Source of the DNA: Candidatus Bathyarchaeota archaeon
GTDB lineage: Archaea > Thermoproteota > Bathyarchaeia > Bathyarchaeales > Bathycorpusculaceae
Assembly: GCA_963782525.1 (NCBI GenBank)
Contig: CAWAKC010000012.1
Coordinates: 1-64,000, forward strand
DNA length: 64,000 nucleotides
Direction of reading: 5' to 3'
Of this stretch, positions 31,175 through 41,455 are shown one piece after another (positions within the stretch are counted from its first letter, which is position 1; each line of letters begins with the position of its first letter). The position numbers were made by a program, and so were the translations under genes. The notes beneath the pieces are model-generated. The model ran no database searches, was not told where the DNA came from, and saw only the letters and a program-made list of their open reading frames with translations.

Positions 31175-33586
31175 TTATTCTTCAACCTTTTTTGGCTGAG
31201 CTCGCACATTAGGATATTCTTTGAGTTTATCTGCCATTTCCCGCAATTGCCTATCAACCAGGTAGTTGACTGTGCCTTCTTGGTAAGTTCCGTCTGCTCG
31301 GCTTTCGCCCGCCTTGGTTCCTGTGAGTACTTCGATACCTTCGTCGATTGTTTTAACTGAGTAGACGTTGAATTTGCCAGCTTTAACTGCGTCCACGACT
31401 TCTTCCTTAAGCATCAGGTTTTGCACGTTGCTGTCAGGAATCATCACACCTTGCTCTCCGGTTAATCCTTTGGCTTTGCAGACTTCAAAGAAGCCCTCGA
31501 TTTTCTCGTTGACTCCGCCGATGGCTTGAACTTCGCCTTTTTGGTTCACAGAGCCTGTGACGGCTATGTTCTGTTTTATTGGAAGTCCACTGAGTGCCGA
31601 AAGTATAGAGTAGAGTTCCGTGCTGGAAGCGCTGTCGCCTTCAACACCTTCATAGTTCTGCTCAAAAACCAAGCGTGCTGAGAGGCTTAGTGGTTTGTCG
31701 CGTGCGTATTTGTCGTTTATATAGCCGCTGAGGATCAGGACTCCTTTGGTGTGGATTGGTCCGCCCATTTTGGCTTCTCGTTCAATGTCCATGACGCCTT
31801 CTCTGCCTAAGCCGATGCTGGCGGTGACGCGTGAGGGCATGCCGAATGCAAAGTCGCCAAGCCCCATAACGGATAATCCGTTGACTTGTCCAACCTCCGC
31901 TTCAACTGTGTCAATTAAGAAGAAGCCGCGGGTTATCATTTCCTGGATTTTTTCTTGGATTAGTTTTGAACGGTAGATTTTTTCTTCTATGGCTTTTCTA
32001 ACTTGGTCGCCAGTTATGAATTCGGAGTTGTCTTGGGTAGTGTAGTAGTTGGATTCACGGATGATGTCAGCGATTGCTGAGAATTGCGTTGAAAGCTTGT
32101 ATTGGTCCTCGATTATTCTTGAACTGTACTCAACCAGCTTTGCTAAGGCGCTGCCGTCGAGGTGTTTTAAGCCTTCTTTATCGCATAGACTACAAACAAA
32201 AGCTGCGTACTGTTGGACTTTTTCGTCTGTTCTTGGCATGGTGGTGTCGAATTCTGCTTTTATCTTGAAGAGTTCGTGGAAGTCAGGGTCTAGGCTGAAC
32301 ATCATTTGGTAGAGGTAGGGGGTGCCGATGAGAATTATTTTAGCTGTTAGGGGGATGGGTTGTGGTTTCAGGGTTTTGATGCTTATGAAACCGTAGCGTT
32401 CTTCGGGTTCTTCGATGGACATTCTTGCGTCTCGGATGTCGCGTTTTAAAGCGTCGTAGGAGAAGGGGTTTCGGAGCAGGTCTTCGACGGGTACTATTAG
32501 GTAGCCGCCGTTGGCTTTATGTATGGATCCTCCACGGATCATACTAAAATCAGTGGTTAATGCGCCGAACTGTGCTTCTTTCTCGGTTCTGCCCAGCAGG
32601 TTATGGTATGTAGGGTTAGTTTCAACAACAACAGGCGCGCCTGTGGTGTTTGAGTTGTCGATGACTAGGTTTACTTCGTATTTTTTGTAGGGTTCTTCCT
32701 TCATCCAAGGCATGGCGAAGGGCAGTTGTTCAGGTTCTCCTCGCCTTATGAACTGCTGCAGGTTATCCAAGATGTCGTTTTGTACTTCTTTCAGATAGTT
32801 TGTAACGTCAGAGTTAGTTTGGTACTTCTCTAGGAGGCGCTCCATCTGGTTCCCCAACGCGTAGAGGGCGACTTCTTTGTTTAGTTTCTTTAGAGCCTCA
32901 TGGATTTTTCTTTCCATATCGATTAGTTGGCGCATTGTGCTTCGGAATTCAGTCTCCAACTTTTCCCGTTTCTCATTAATCTTATCCTTCGTTTTTGGAG
33001 GTAACGCCAGCATTTCTTCTTCGCTGAGCGGTTTACCATCCAAAACTGGAATTAGCAAGATGCCGATGGGGGTAGTCTGAATAACGAAGCCTTCACTTTG
33101 AGCTTTGCTACTTAACTCGTCGATTAACTTTTTACGCTGGTCCTCTAAGACTTTGATGGTGGATTCTCTTTTCGCCCCATAGTCTTCGCTTTCAAACGCT
33201 TTAGGCAACGCAGTTTTGACGTTCTCAATGAAGTTTTTGAGGTCTTCACGGAATTCTTTGCCCTTTCCCGCTTGCAGCATTATTGCTTTTGGCTCATATT
33301 GATTGCCGAAGTTGTTGACGTAGCACCAGTCGGGCGGTACAGACTGGGTTTTAGCTTGGGCTTCGACGAAGTTTTTAACCGCGGTTTTTCTGCCCGTTCC
33401 AGGGTACCCCGCTACGTATACGTTGAAGCCGTGATTTTTGATACCTAACCCGAATTTTAGGGCTCGGACGGCTCTTTCTTGACCGATGATTTCGCTGAGC
33501 GGAATTAGGTCTTTGGTTGATTCGCAATGCAAAACATTAGCATCACAGACATTCCGTAACTTTTCAACTGGTAATTGATTGACCAA
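31175..33586 (-). CDS. LonC/AAA_32-type Lon-like protease
   Basis: IGQERAVRAL, GSIHKANGGYL, VGQVNGLSV, EGDSASS (Ser), GGVNEKIEGFF (Lys); TTG start with GGAGG SD. Confidence 0.92.
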   Translation of the reverse strand: MVNQLPVEKLRNVCDANVLHCESTKDLIPLSEIIGQERAVRALKFGLGIKNHGFNVYVAGYPGTGRKTAVKNFVEAQAKTQSVPPDWCYVNNFGNQYEPKAIMLQAGKGKEFREDLKNFIENVKTALPKAFESEDYGAKRESTIKVLEDQRKKLIDELSSKAQSEGFVIQTTPIGILLIPVLDGKPLSEEEMLALPPKTKDKINEKREKLETEFRSTMRQLIDMERKIHEALKKLNKEVALYALGNQMERLLEKYQTNSDVTNYLKEVQNDILDNLQQFIRRGEPEQLPFAMPWMKEEPYKKYEVNLVIDNSNTTGAPVVVETNPTYHNLLGRTEKEAQFGALTTDFSMIRGGSIHKANGGYLIVPVEDLLRNPFSYDALKRDIRDARMSIEEPEERYGFISIKTLKPQPIPLTAKIILIGTPYLYQMMFSLDPDFHELFKIKAEFDTTMPRTDEKVQQYAAFVCSLCDKEGLKHLDGSALAKLVEYSSRIIEDQYKLSTQFSAIADIIRESNYYTTQDNSEFITGDQVRKAIEEKIYRSKLIQEKIQEMITRGFFLIDTVEAEVGQVNGLSVMGLGDFAFGMPSRVTASIGLGREGVMDIEREAKMGGPIHTKGVLILSGYINDKYARDKPLSLSARLVFEQNYEGVEGDSASSTELYSILSALSGLPIKQNIAVTGSVNQKGEVQAIGGVNEKIEGFFEVCKAKGLTGEQGVMIPDSNVQNLMLKEEVVDAVKAGKFNVYSVKTIDEGIEVLTGTKAGESRADGTYQEGTVNYLVDRQLREMADKLKEYPNVRAQPKKVEE

Positions 33587-33785
33587 AACAAAAATCCTCC
33601 TATAAGCTACTCTAGGAAACTTGCTTTTATCTTTTAACCCTTTCTGCCAAGCGCCAACATGATTGAGATCATTCCCTTTACGGAAATGACTCATAAATTC
33701 GGTCGAAAAACTAGTTCTATTTAGTATTCATATTTTCAGTTAACAAACCTTATCTCCTCTGGCTAACTAAATACAACTGAGCAAA

Positions 33786-33953
33786 ATGCGCATCAACCAC
33801 AAAACCTTAGGCATCTTCGCGGTTGCATTTCTGGGTTTAGGAAGCGTACCAGCTTATTTCGGTTCAATGTTCTATGCGATAAGCCTTTGGATGATTGGTT
33901 TCGGCTTAATGAACATCCATGTTTTCATTCTTTCACATGAAAGAAAAATTTGA
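33786..33953 (+). CDS. small two-TM protein (55 aa, below ORF-track cutoff)
   Basis: MRINHKTLGIFAVAFLGLG..YAISLWMIGFGLMNIHVFILS. Confidence 0.55.
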   Translation: MRINHKTLGIFAVAFLGLGSVPAYFGSMFYAISLWMIGFGLMNIHVFILSHERKI

Positions 33954-33986
33954 AGTAGCGCCTTGAGAACTCGTTATAATCATTTG

Positions 33987-34535
33987 CTATTGGTCTGGCT
34001 GGATGAATAGTTTTAGGATTTCTTGGTTTCGCACTTCAGGATGGAAAAGCACGCCGTAGATATTTTTTTGTTTGAGTTTTATGGCTTGGATGCATTTTGT
34101 GGATTCGGCGAGGGTTTCAAAGTTTTGGGACGGTTCGACTGAGTAGTTGTGGAGTGTGTAAGCATTGAAGTTACCGTGGAAGAGAGGGTTTTCTTTCAGC
34201 GTTGTGATTTCAGCCGTGCCGACTTGCAGGCAAGATGCCAATGGAACATCGAAAACTAGAGCGATTGTCTGCATTCCAGCACAAATTCCCAAAATTGGTT
34301 TATCACAAGTTTTTATCCAGTCGAATTTTTCAATCTGATTTAGGGTTGCGTGGTCTTTGAGGGTTGTTCCTGAAAGGATAATTTTACTGTAACAGTCCAG
34401 CTCAGCTGGAGTAACCTCCAAGAAATGTTTTACCACACATTCCTCAAGCGGCTGCACCACCGAAATGATTGGAGCAACAAACTCGTTAAAAGATAGCGAA
34501 TCACGCTTCCAATTCATGTCGACAACCAGAATCAT
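33987..34535 (-). CDS. class I glutamine amidotransferase
   Basis: IILSG, PILGICAGMQ (Cys), FHPE (His/Glu). Confidence 0.9.
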   Translation of the reverse strand: MILVVDMNWKRDSLSFNEFVAPIISVVQPLEECVVKHFLEVTPAELDCYSKIILSGTTLKDHATLNQIEKFDWIKTCDKPILGICAGMQTIALVFDVPLASCLQVGTAEITTLKENPLFHGNFNAYTLHNYSVEPSQNFETLAESTKCIQAIKLKQKNIYGVLFHPEVRNQEILKLFIQPDQ

Positions 34536-35212
34536 TTGGGCACCAGCCGAGCCTGCTTAATTTGGAAAACGCCGCAATTACCCTTCGCTTCCACTCTGGA
34601 TTGGAGGATTTCTATTTTCTGCTTAAACATCGGCGCATCCAAAACAGTCGTCTCAATCTCTCCGCCTTCCCCTGAGGGGCTGATGCCATATTGCCCTTGA
34701 AGCTCTACCAACCGCGCAATAACCTGTGCATCGATTTGTTTTCCAAGCCATTTTTCATCGAGCGGATAAGCAAAAATCCCAGAGATTATAACTTTAAACT
34801 TCTTTTCGAGAAGTTTTTCCAAAAGTGCTTTTTGGTCGTATTTCCACAGTGGGTTGAAGCACCAGACGTCAAGGCGGTTGCAGATGCGTTGAACCCGTGT
34901 GGCTTGGTAAACCGACTCCACCGCGCCCGTGACTATGCCGTCGATTTGGAATTTGGTCTTTGCCTCTGCGATTGCCTTCTCCAAGTCGGCAAGTTCCTCT
35001 TCCTTCTGCCCCTCCGTAACCACTGAAACCAGCGGCAACCCGAGCGCCTCAGCCTGAAGGGTTGTCACATCGATGTTGGGTGTATGGAACATGTAGCTTT
35101 CAGGGTTCTTTGAAACCACGGTGATTAGGCAGACGACTTCCTCTTTTTCCTTTGCCAAATGGAGGGCAAGGGTTGAGTCTTTGCCGCCTGAAAATAGGAC
35201 TCCAAGTCGCAT
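34532..35212 (-). CDS. dph6: diphthine-ammonia ligase family PP-loop ATPase
   Basis: LFSGGKDS, SYMFH, GAVES.YQ, PLW, GEGGE.ET.VLDAP.F. Confidence 0.9.
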   Translation of the reverse strand: MRLGVLFSGGKDSTLALHLAKEKEEVVCLITVVSKNPESYMFHTPNIDVTTLQAEALGLPLVSVVTEGQKEEELADLEKAIAEAKTKFQIDGIVTGAVESVYQATRVQRICNRLDVWCFNPLWKYDQKALLEKLLEKKFKVIISGIFAYPLDEKWLGKQIDAQVIARLVELQGQYGISPSGEGGEIETTVLDAPMFKQKIEILQSRVEAKGNCGVFQIKQARLVPK

Positions 35213-35262
35213 GTGGTTTAAAGAAGAAAAGGGTGTTTATATCCTTGCTTGAGGCGGTGCGG

Positions 35263-36456
35263 TTAGATTTTTACGTTGCAGACGTTGGGGATTGCTTTGA
35301 GTTTGCTTATGATGTCTGCTGTGACTTTTTTGTGGATAACGTAGACGGATATGGCGTAGCCGCTGTTGCCGATTTGCCGAGAATAGTTTGCTCGGATGTT
35401 GATGTCGCAGTCCGCCAAAACCTTGTCAATGGCCGCGAACACTCCGGGAACGTCTCGGTGATGAATGAACAAGGTGTAAACAGCTTTTTCCTCAACTTCT
35501 ATGCTTTCACCTGCGTTGACAGCGTTGGTGAAGTCTCCGCCCAAAAGGTAACCTGAGACGACACGGGCAATCTCCGTTGAAGTTTCCCTCTGCGCCTCAG
35601 CCGTTGATGCGCCAAGGTGGCTGCTCATCACTATGTTGTCGAGTTCTTTGAGTTGATCTTTGAATTCGGCGCCTTCCCCTTTAGGTTCTTCCTTGTACAC
35701 GTCGGTTGCGGCGCCTGCGATTTTGCCTTCTTTGAGGGCTTTGAAGAGGGCTTGCTGGTCAATGTTGCTACCCCTTGAAGTGTTAATAACGAAAGCGGTG
35801 GGTTTCATTAAGGCAAATTCTTTTTCGCCGATAACCGCGTCTTTCCCGCCCGTGTGCACGCTGATGTAGTCGGCTTTAGCGAGAACTTCCTCTTTATTCA
35901 TGAATTTGATACCTGACTCAAAGCACGGCTTGATATCGTAGCCGATGACTTCCATGTCAAAGGCGCGTTTGGCGATTTGAGCAACTTTTTGCCCGATTCT
36001 GCCGCAGCCCAAAAGCCCTAGTGTCTTGTAGGCAAGTTCGGTGCCTTTGAGGCTGTCTTTTTTCCAAACCCCATTTTTGAGTGAAGCGTGTGCTTGGGGA
36101 GTTTTGCGTGAAATGGCCAGCATTAAGTCGATGGTTAATTCGGCGACTGCGTTGGTGCTGCCGTACGGAGCAATTTTTACAACAATGCCGCACTCTGAAG
36201 CTGCCGCTGCATCGATGTTGTCGTATCCGACGCCTGCGCGCCCGACAATTTTGAGTTTGCCCTTAGCGCCTGCTTCCAAAACTTCGCGTGTAACCTTGGT
36301 GGCGCTTCGGACAATTAAAGCGTCAAACTGGCCGACTTCAGCGATTAGGGCGTTGAGGTCTCTTTTTTTTGTGTCGGTTTCTATGCCTGCTTCATGGAAG
36401 ATTTTTAAGCCTTCCTTCTCTAAACCATCATTCAACAGTACCTTCATGCATAGCAT
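35263..36456 (-). CDS. serA: D-3-phosphoglycerate dehydrogenase with ACT domain
   Basis: VRSATKV, RAGVGYDN, GCGRIG, NTSRG, HLGAST.EAQ, H.DVPGV ACT motif. Confidence 0.9.
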   Translation of the reverse strand: MLCMKVLLNDGLEKEGLKIFHEAGIETDTKKRDLNALIAEVGQFDALIVRSATKVTREVLEAGAKGKLKIVGRAGVGYDNIDAAAASECGIVVKIAPYGSTNAVAELTIDLMLAISRKTPQAHASLKNGVWKKDSLKGTELAYKTLGLLGCGRIGQKVAQIAKRAFDMEVIGYDIKPCFESGIKFMNKEEVLAKADYISVHTGGKDAVIGEKEFALMKPTAFVINTSRGSNIDQQALFKALKEGKIAGAATDVYKEEPKGEGAEFKDQLKELDNIVMSSHLGASTAEAQRETSTEIARVVSGYLLGGDFTNAVNAGESIEVEEKAVYTLFIHHRDVPGVFAAIDKVLADCDINIRANYSRQIGNSGYAISVYVIHKKVTADIISKLKAIPNVCNVKI

Positions 36457-36529
36457 CTCCAGTAAACGTTAACTGAAAAGTTGATTGGTGTTGTGGATAA
36501 TAAAGTTCTCTGCAACAACGCCGAGTTGC

Positions 36530-36838
36530 TTACGCTTTAGCCTTAGCTTTTGGAGCGTTCCTTGGTTTGGCAACTCTTGTGCTCATGATGTCATAGGTTG
36601 ATTTGACATGGCAGTAAGGACATTTTAGTTGCCGCCTACCCCTATAAACAATTGAAGTTATGGTTGCGCCTGGCACCCAATGAAAATTAAAGCTTTTTCT
36701 GCAGTTCGGGCAAGTCAGCCTTGATGTGTAGTGTGGACCAAATCTTGGAAGCAAAATGAACAATATCACAAAGCCTATGGCAACAACCAAGAACAGAGCC
36801 GAAAGGAAATCAAACGTCATGAGCTTTCTGGTTCTCAA
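36530..36838 (-). CDS. TM + zinc-ribbon protein
   Basis: N-terminal TM, CPNC..CPYC. Confidence 0.7.
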   Translation of the reverse strand: MRTRKLMTFDFLSALFLVVAIGFVILFILLPRFGPHYTSRLTCPNCRKSFNFHWVPGATITSIVYRGRRQLKCPYCHVKSTYDIMSTRVAKPRNAPKAKAKA

Positions 36839-36862
36839 TGCACTTTTTGGGTTTATTAATGT

Positions 36863-37495
36863 TTAGCCTTGTTTTTGGGTTTTAGGCTTTGTGTTACTTT
36901 CATTAAGATTTGCTATTAATTCTGTGCTTATTTTCTTTCTTTTGGTTCTAACATACATGAGAGTGACGACTATTACAATAGCCATCACTGCGATTGGTAC
37001 AATGATCGCGTAGATGTCAACAGCTGAGGTTGGCGGAGGACTGGGTAACGGCGAAGGAGTGATGCTTGTTGTTTCGTTACCTAAATTTGCGTCATAATAG
37101 ATGTTTAATGTGTAATTAATCACGTTGGACACATCGATTCTGAAGGGACCATTGCCGTAACTTGCTTCATACCTGTTTGGTTCGAAGTCAAATATCCAAG
37201 TGTGCACCACGTTATCATTATCTGAGGAACCCGCACTGTTTTGGCCTGCATAGGATAACGATATGGATGGATCGCCCGTAGCCGTATAGGTGCCCCTGAT
37301 TCCCCAATGAAACTGCGCCGGAACTAAGGCATCGATATCTATGCTTTGGCTTTTAGTTCCCGTTATGGTTGTAACATAAACCCGATCAGGATTCGCTTGA
37401 GTACAAAACGCAGCCTGCAGAGCAGATGATAAAGAAATAACGACAAAAAAGGTAGTGATTGCCGCCATAATTCGTCTGGTGCCCATAACAGTCAT
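36863..37495 (-). CDS. secreted protein with C-terminal TM anchor
   Basis: Signal peptide, Pro/Thr/Ser linker, TM, KRKK. Confidence 0.75.
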   Translation of the reverse strand: MTVMGTRRIMAAITTFFVVISLSSALQAAFCTQANPDRVYVTTITGTKSQSIDIDALVPAQFHWGIRGTYTATGDPSISLSYAGQNSAGSSDNDNVVHTWIFDFEPNRYEASYGNGPFRIDVSNVINYTLNIYYDANLGNETTSITPSPLPSPPPTSAVDIYAIIVPIAVMAIVIVVTLMYVRTKRKKISTELIANLNESNTKPKTQKQG

Positions 37496-37564
37496 GCTCC
37501 TATCGACTTAGCACCGTAAAAGCTTTTGCAAAAAAGAGGCGAATTTCAGGGACCGTTTTGAGGG

Positions 37565-38203
37565 CTAGTTTTACCCTGCTTTTTCTTTTTACAACCAACA
37601 CCGCTACCACGATTACGACAACCACGACTACAATTGCGATTGAATAGAGGGCTTTGGTAGGGATGTTTTTAATGAGTTATTTTCTGCGGTGGGCGGTGTG
37701 GGAGTTGATGGGAGGCTACAGTAAAGAAAACATAAGAGTAATGTTCACGCCAAATATACCGCCATCAGAGTATATACTATGCCTTCTGCATGGATTGTTA
37801 ATTTGTGGTTCCCCGTGGGCAAATTTAAGTTTGTGGTGAAGGTGACGTTTTGTCTTCCAGGTGCATTATCGTTAGCTGTATAAATGGAATAGACCTCGGT
37901 GGGGAGCGTCGTGGGTTGGTTGTCTAAAAGGTAGACTACCCTTGTTATACCAGTTTTAAAAGCGGTTACTAACTCTGGCTTGCTTACGTTAAAATTTAGA
38001 GAGACAACATCCGAAGAGTAAGTAGTGCCATTTTGGGGACTGATGATTTCAATGCCCGACGGAGTAGTACCTGGAACAGGATCAACGATTGGTATACCAA
38101 AGAAAGGGTTCGCCCTCGCTAAACCGAATAATTGAGCCCCAAACGCCACGCCAAATACAAGCGCCAAAATAACAAGAACTTTTAGAACCGACCGGTTACT
38201 CAT
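37565..38203 (-). pseudogene. ANP-family Ig-like surface protein, frameshifted before its TM anchor
   Basis: ARANP signal end, IISPQNGTTY, G.HKLTI; TM + KRK tail in another frame. Confidence 0.65.
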
Positions 38204-38503
38204 TTTACTGTCCCCTGAGTGAAGCTTTTCTCAAAACCAGTATTGGGCACAGAGGAATAAGGAAAAAGCACGGGTTGGCGTGTACAACCACTGGAATTAT
38301 TGAGATCAACATAAACAACATCAGAATTAAGCAGGCAAAAGGGTACTTTCCGCATTTCCATCAATCCACGGTATATTGTGATTACCAAATAAGCTTTTAG
38401 ATAAACGACGTGTTGTCAAGAAACTTTTCTATCTTGGACAATATTTTTTTACAAAAGATCTCTTAAGCACATTATTCCATTAACATAATATAGGGTCTTT
38501 AGG

Positions 38504-39469
38504 ATGCCAAAGAAACTCGTGGCAACAGTAATGTGCATAGCAATTATCGTAGTGGCAGTTGTTAGCACAATAGGCGTTGAGGTAGTGAATGCTAATCCCT
38601 TTCCGCAGTCTACTATGGGCATCGATTCGCCACAACCCATCACCACCAGACTTGTTTATCAAAATACAAATGTTCCACTCACAATATCTATAATTCTATT
38701 AGTTGATTCCTCAGGATCTTATTCTCCAAAAATAACTCAGGTTACTTACAGTTTGGATGATCACCAAAACATATCCATACCAGATATCCCAAAGACTGGA
38801 AAAGAATTCACAGAAACGGGCATATTTGGAAGTCAAACCCATTTTGTTAATCTCATAGTAGGCGCAACACTTAGTAATCTCTCAGAAGGACAGCACACAC
38901 TCAAAGCGTATGCATTTGATAATAACAGTGGAGTAATGTCCGATTCTGTTACGTTTGCTGTTCTAACCTCCTATAGTATACCTGAAGTGACAATTATTTC
39001 GCCCCAAGACCAAGTCTACAGAACCAGCGAAATCACGTTAACTTGCGCTGTAAAAGGAGATTATGAGCAGTTATGTTATGCAATCGATTACCGATCCAAC
39101 GTCACACTTGGGAGAAACACAACCATAAGCATATCCGAGTTACCAAATGGCTGCCACACAATAACAGTCTATGCCACCACTCCTGGACGCTATGGCGGTT
39201 CAAGCTGGACCTACTTCATCGTTGGAACAATAAACTATTCCCTACCTAATCCCACAGCTTACCCAACCAACCCTGCCCCTTCACCCACACAAACAACCTC
39301 GCCTACCCCAAACCAAAATTCGCCCACAATTAACCCAGGTTTACCAGTGGAGTTGAACCCCTCCAAAGTCTACATAATTCTGACTATTATAATTGGTATA
39401 GTGGTTGTTGCTTGTTTCTCGCTGATTTATTTGAATAAGCGCCGACGCGGGAAGTTGCTGATTAGCTGA
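38504..39469 (+). CDS. ANP-family Ig-like surface protein
   Basis: VNANP, two Ig-like repeats (YSLD..NLSEGQHTL.AYA; ISPQ..NG.HTITVYA), PT linker, TM, KRRR. Confidence 0.8.
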   Translation: MPKKLVATVMCIAIIVVAVVSTIGVEVVNANPFPQSTMGIDSPQPITTRLVYQNTNVPLTISIILLVDSSGSYSPKITQVTYSLDDHQNISIPDIPKTGKEFTETGIFGSQTHFVNLIVGATLSNLSEGQHTLKAYAFDNNSGVMSDSVTFAVLTSYSIPEVTIISPQDQVYRTSEITLTCAVKGDYEQLCYAIDYRSNVTLGRNTTISISELPNGCHTITVYATTPGRYGGSSWTYFIVGTINYSLPNPTAYPTNPAPSPTQTTSPTPNQNSPTINPGLPVELNPSKVYIILTIIIGIVVVACFSLIYLNKRRRGKLLIS

Positions 39470-39618
39470 AAGGGTAAATCTTTTGAAAATGGGAGTGTCA
39501 GCGTGAATTTTAGGTGTCTTTTACTGCCAAGGTGCGAAGATAGTCGCTTTTGGCATGGCGGCCTACCGATTGTTTATTGATGAATCAAAATCGGTGTCAG
39601 ATTGAAACGCTTCCCTGC

Positions 39619-40410
39619 CTAACCTGTGCCTCTTCTCCTTAAAATCAACACAAAAACCAAGCAGAAAACAAGAATTATCGCTGCAACTATCACTAACCCT
39701 GAAAGGAAACTAATGCGAAAAACGTCGCTATTCGGTGCGACGTTTGTGGGCGTTTGTGAGGATGTTGAGTTAGGGGTTGGTGTGTGCGTTGGTATTGGAG
39801 GTAAAGTCGCCATCGGAGGATTAATAGGAACATATGTTGGACGCGTACCTGGTCTGGTTGTTTCTACGGGGTCTTGGTGAAAAGTAATTGTTTGTGCCTG
39901 AGCATCCATTGTAAAGGTTAATGTTTGGCTGACGCTCGCGTTCGAGCCATCGTACTCAATGAAGCACCAGACATCTATCCACATGATGTGCTGCTGTTGA
40001 GTTAAGTTTGTAAAGACAGCAGAATATTGATCAACGGTGTTATACGTCCATGGATAAGCATGTATCAACGCACCATCAAGATAAAGAAAGATTTGCGCAT
40101 ACCCAACTTCAGGTATCGTGCCGTATTGGTATGCGTTCCAGGATTGGGGTTTGGTGACTGTAAAGTTGAGTTCCAAAGCGTTAACAGCGTAATAGGGTGA
40201 ACTGGGTTCTGGAGTCTGAACGGTTAAAGTAGGCAACTCGTTGGTCGGTTGAACGATGGGATTAGCCTCTGCAACCCACGGCACCCGTAACCCAACTGAT
40301 AACATACAGATTAAAGCAAACATAACTGCCGTTATAAAGGTCTTTTTCAGGGAGGGCTGCCTCAAATTTACATATTTTGCTCTCATCTTATAAGGTTTTT
40401 TAATTTTCAT
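39619..40410 (-). CDS. ANP-family surface protein
   Basis: AEANP, LNFTVTKP.SW, PT-rich linker, TM, RRR. Confidence 0.75.
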   Translation of the reverse strand: MKIKKPYKMRAKYVNLRQPSLKKTFITAVMFALICMLSVGLRVPWVAEANPIVQPTNELPTLTVQTPEPSSPYYAVNALELNFTVTKPQSWNAYQYGTIPEVGYAQIFLYLDGALIHAYPWTYNTVDQYSAVFTNLTQQQHIMWIDVWCFIEYDGSNASVSQTLTFTMDAQAQTITFHQDPVETTRPGTRPTYVPINPPMATLPPIPTHTPTPNSTSSQTPTNVAPNSDVFRISFLSGLVIVAAIILVFCLVFVLILRRRGTG

Positions 40411-40588
40411 GCTTTATTATCAGCCTCATCGCAGGCTCAGGCAATCTATCACTTTGGCACCTTAGCCGTTGGTACAACTATCAAGCGGTTCAAGACAACT
40501 CCTGTCAAGAGTCTCAAGCGCTAAGACTATAGCATTCTTAAGCTTGCTCATGAGTTATTTCACGCTCACCAGTTTTTTTCTTAACTAA

Positions 40589-41455
40589 CTACATAAAAAG
40601 GGGGAAAATAGGGGTTTTAGCTTTGTCTCTGACATTAGGGTTTTGTGTGGATAGGGTGGAATACGTCTTTTGAGGTAATTTGTCCGTAGGTACTATGTTG
40701 TTATGCAGAAAACCGTTGCCATGACTGCTAAGCTGTGCTGAAACCGCCGCATCTTTGCCTGGTTGGTCTTCATACAGAGAGACTGAACCGTTGCTGATTG
40801 TTATATAGCCAATTCTTTGGACAGCAATGGAGAGGGCATGTGGATTTCCAGCAGTCCACAATCCAAGTTGAGGAGAATCTGTAGAGAAGCAGCCTACGGA
40901 ACCAATTGGAACACTTATAATGGAAGAGTTGTCAGTCATGTTGAATTGGAAGTCACCTCTCAATGCAGTACTGAAATCTTCTGGATTTACAAGGTCATTT
41001 ACGTTTGCAAACATAGTCGATAAGTCTGAGTCTGAGAACGATGCGTTGTAATTGGTGCCGATGAAGTAGGGAAGGTTTTCCTTTATTTCATGGTCTGTTT
41101 TTATTTGCACTCTATAGAGCTCTATGGCGGCATCGCAAGATGAAAAATGATCGCCTGTTAAACGAGTAATGTTAAATTGAACCGTAGATGGGTATTGGCT
41201 AACAATTGACATTTTAGCGCCATTGCTTGCTATATATGAAGAATTAAGTGGTGCAGGACCTGCGTATGCATAGGCTAAATCAAGCTTAAACTGTGTTTCA
41301 GGGCCTGCAATATGGATGGTTTTTGCTGAGGTTGTAGCTGACTCCAATGAAATGGTAATAATAAGTGTAGCTAAGGCAAGTATGAGGCCTGTTATTATTA
41401 GAGAGCGCTTCATCTTTTTTGTCATTTTATTCTTTAGGATTTGTTTCTTTTTCAT
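40589..41455 (-). CDS. membrane-anchored extracellular protein
   Basis: Basic N-terminus + TM followed by a beta-rich domain. Confidence 0.7.
   Translation of the reverse strand: MKKKQILKNKMTKKMKRSLIITGLILALATLIITISLESATTSAKTIHIAGPETQFKLDLAYAYAGPAPLNSSYIASNGAKMSIVSQYPSTVQFNITRLTGDHFSSCDAAIELYRVQIKTDHEIKENLPYFIGTNYNASFSDSDLSTMFANVNDLVNPEDFSTALRGDFQFNMTDNSSIISVPIGSVGCFSTDSPQLGLWTAGNPHALSIAVQRIGYITISNGSVSLYEDQPGKDAAVSAQLSSHGNGFLHNNIVPTDKLPQKTYSTLSTQNPNVRDKAKTPIFPLFM

Noticed and set aside
39576-39625. TGATGA box-C-like motif
   Set aside because: No convincing box D or terminal stem.
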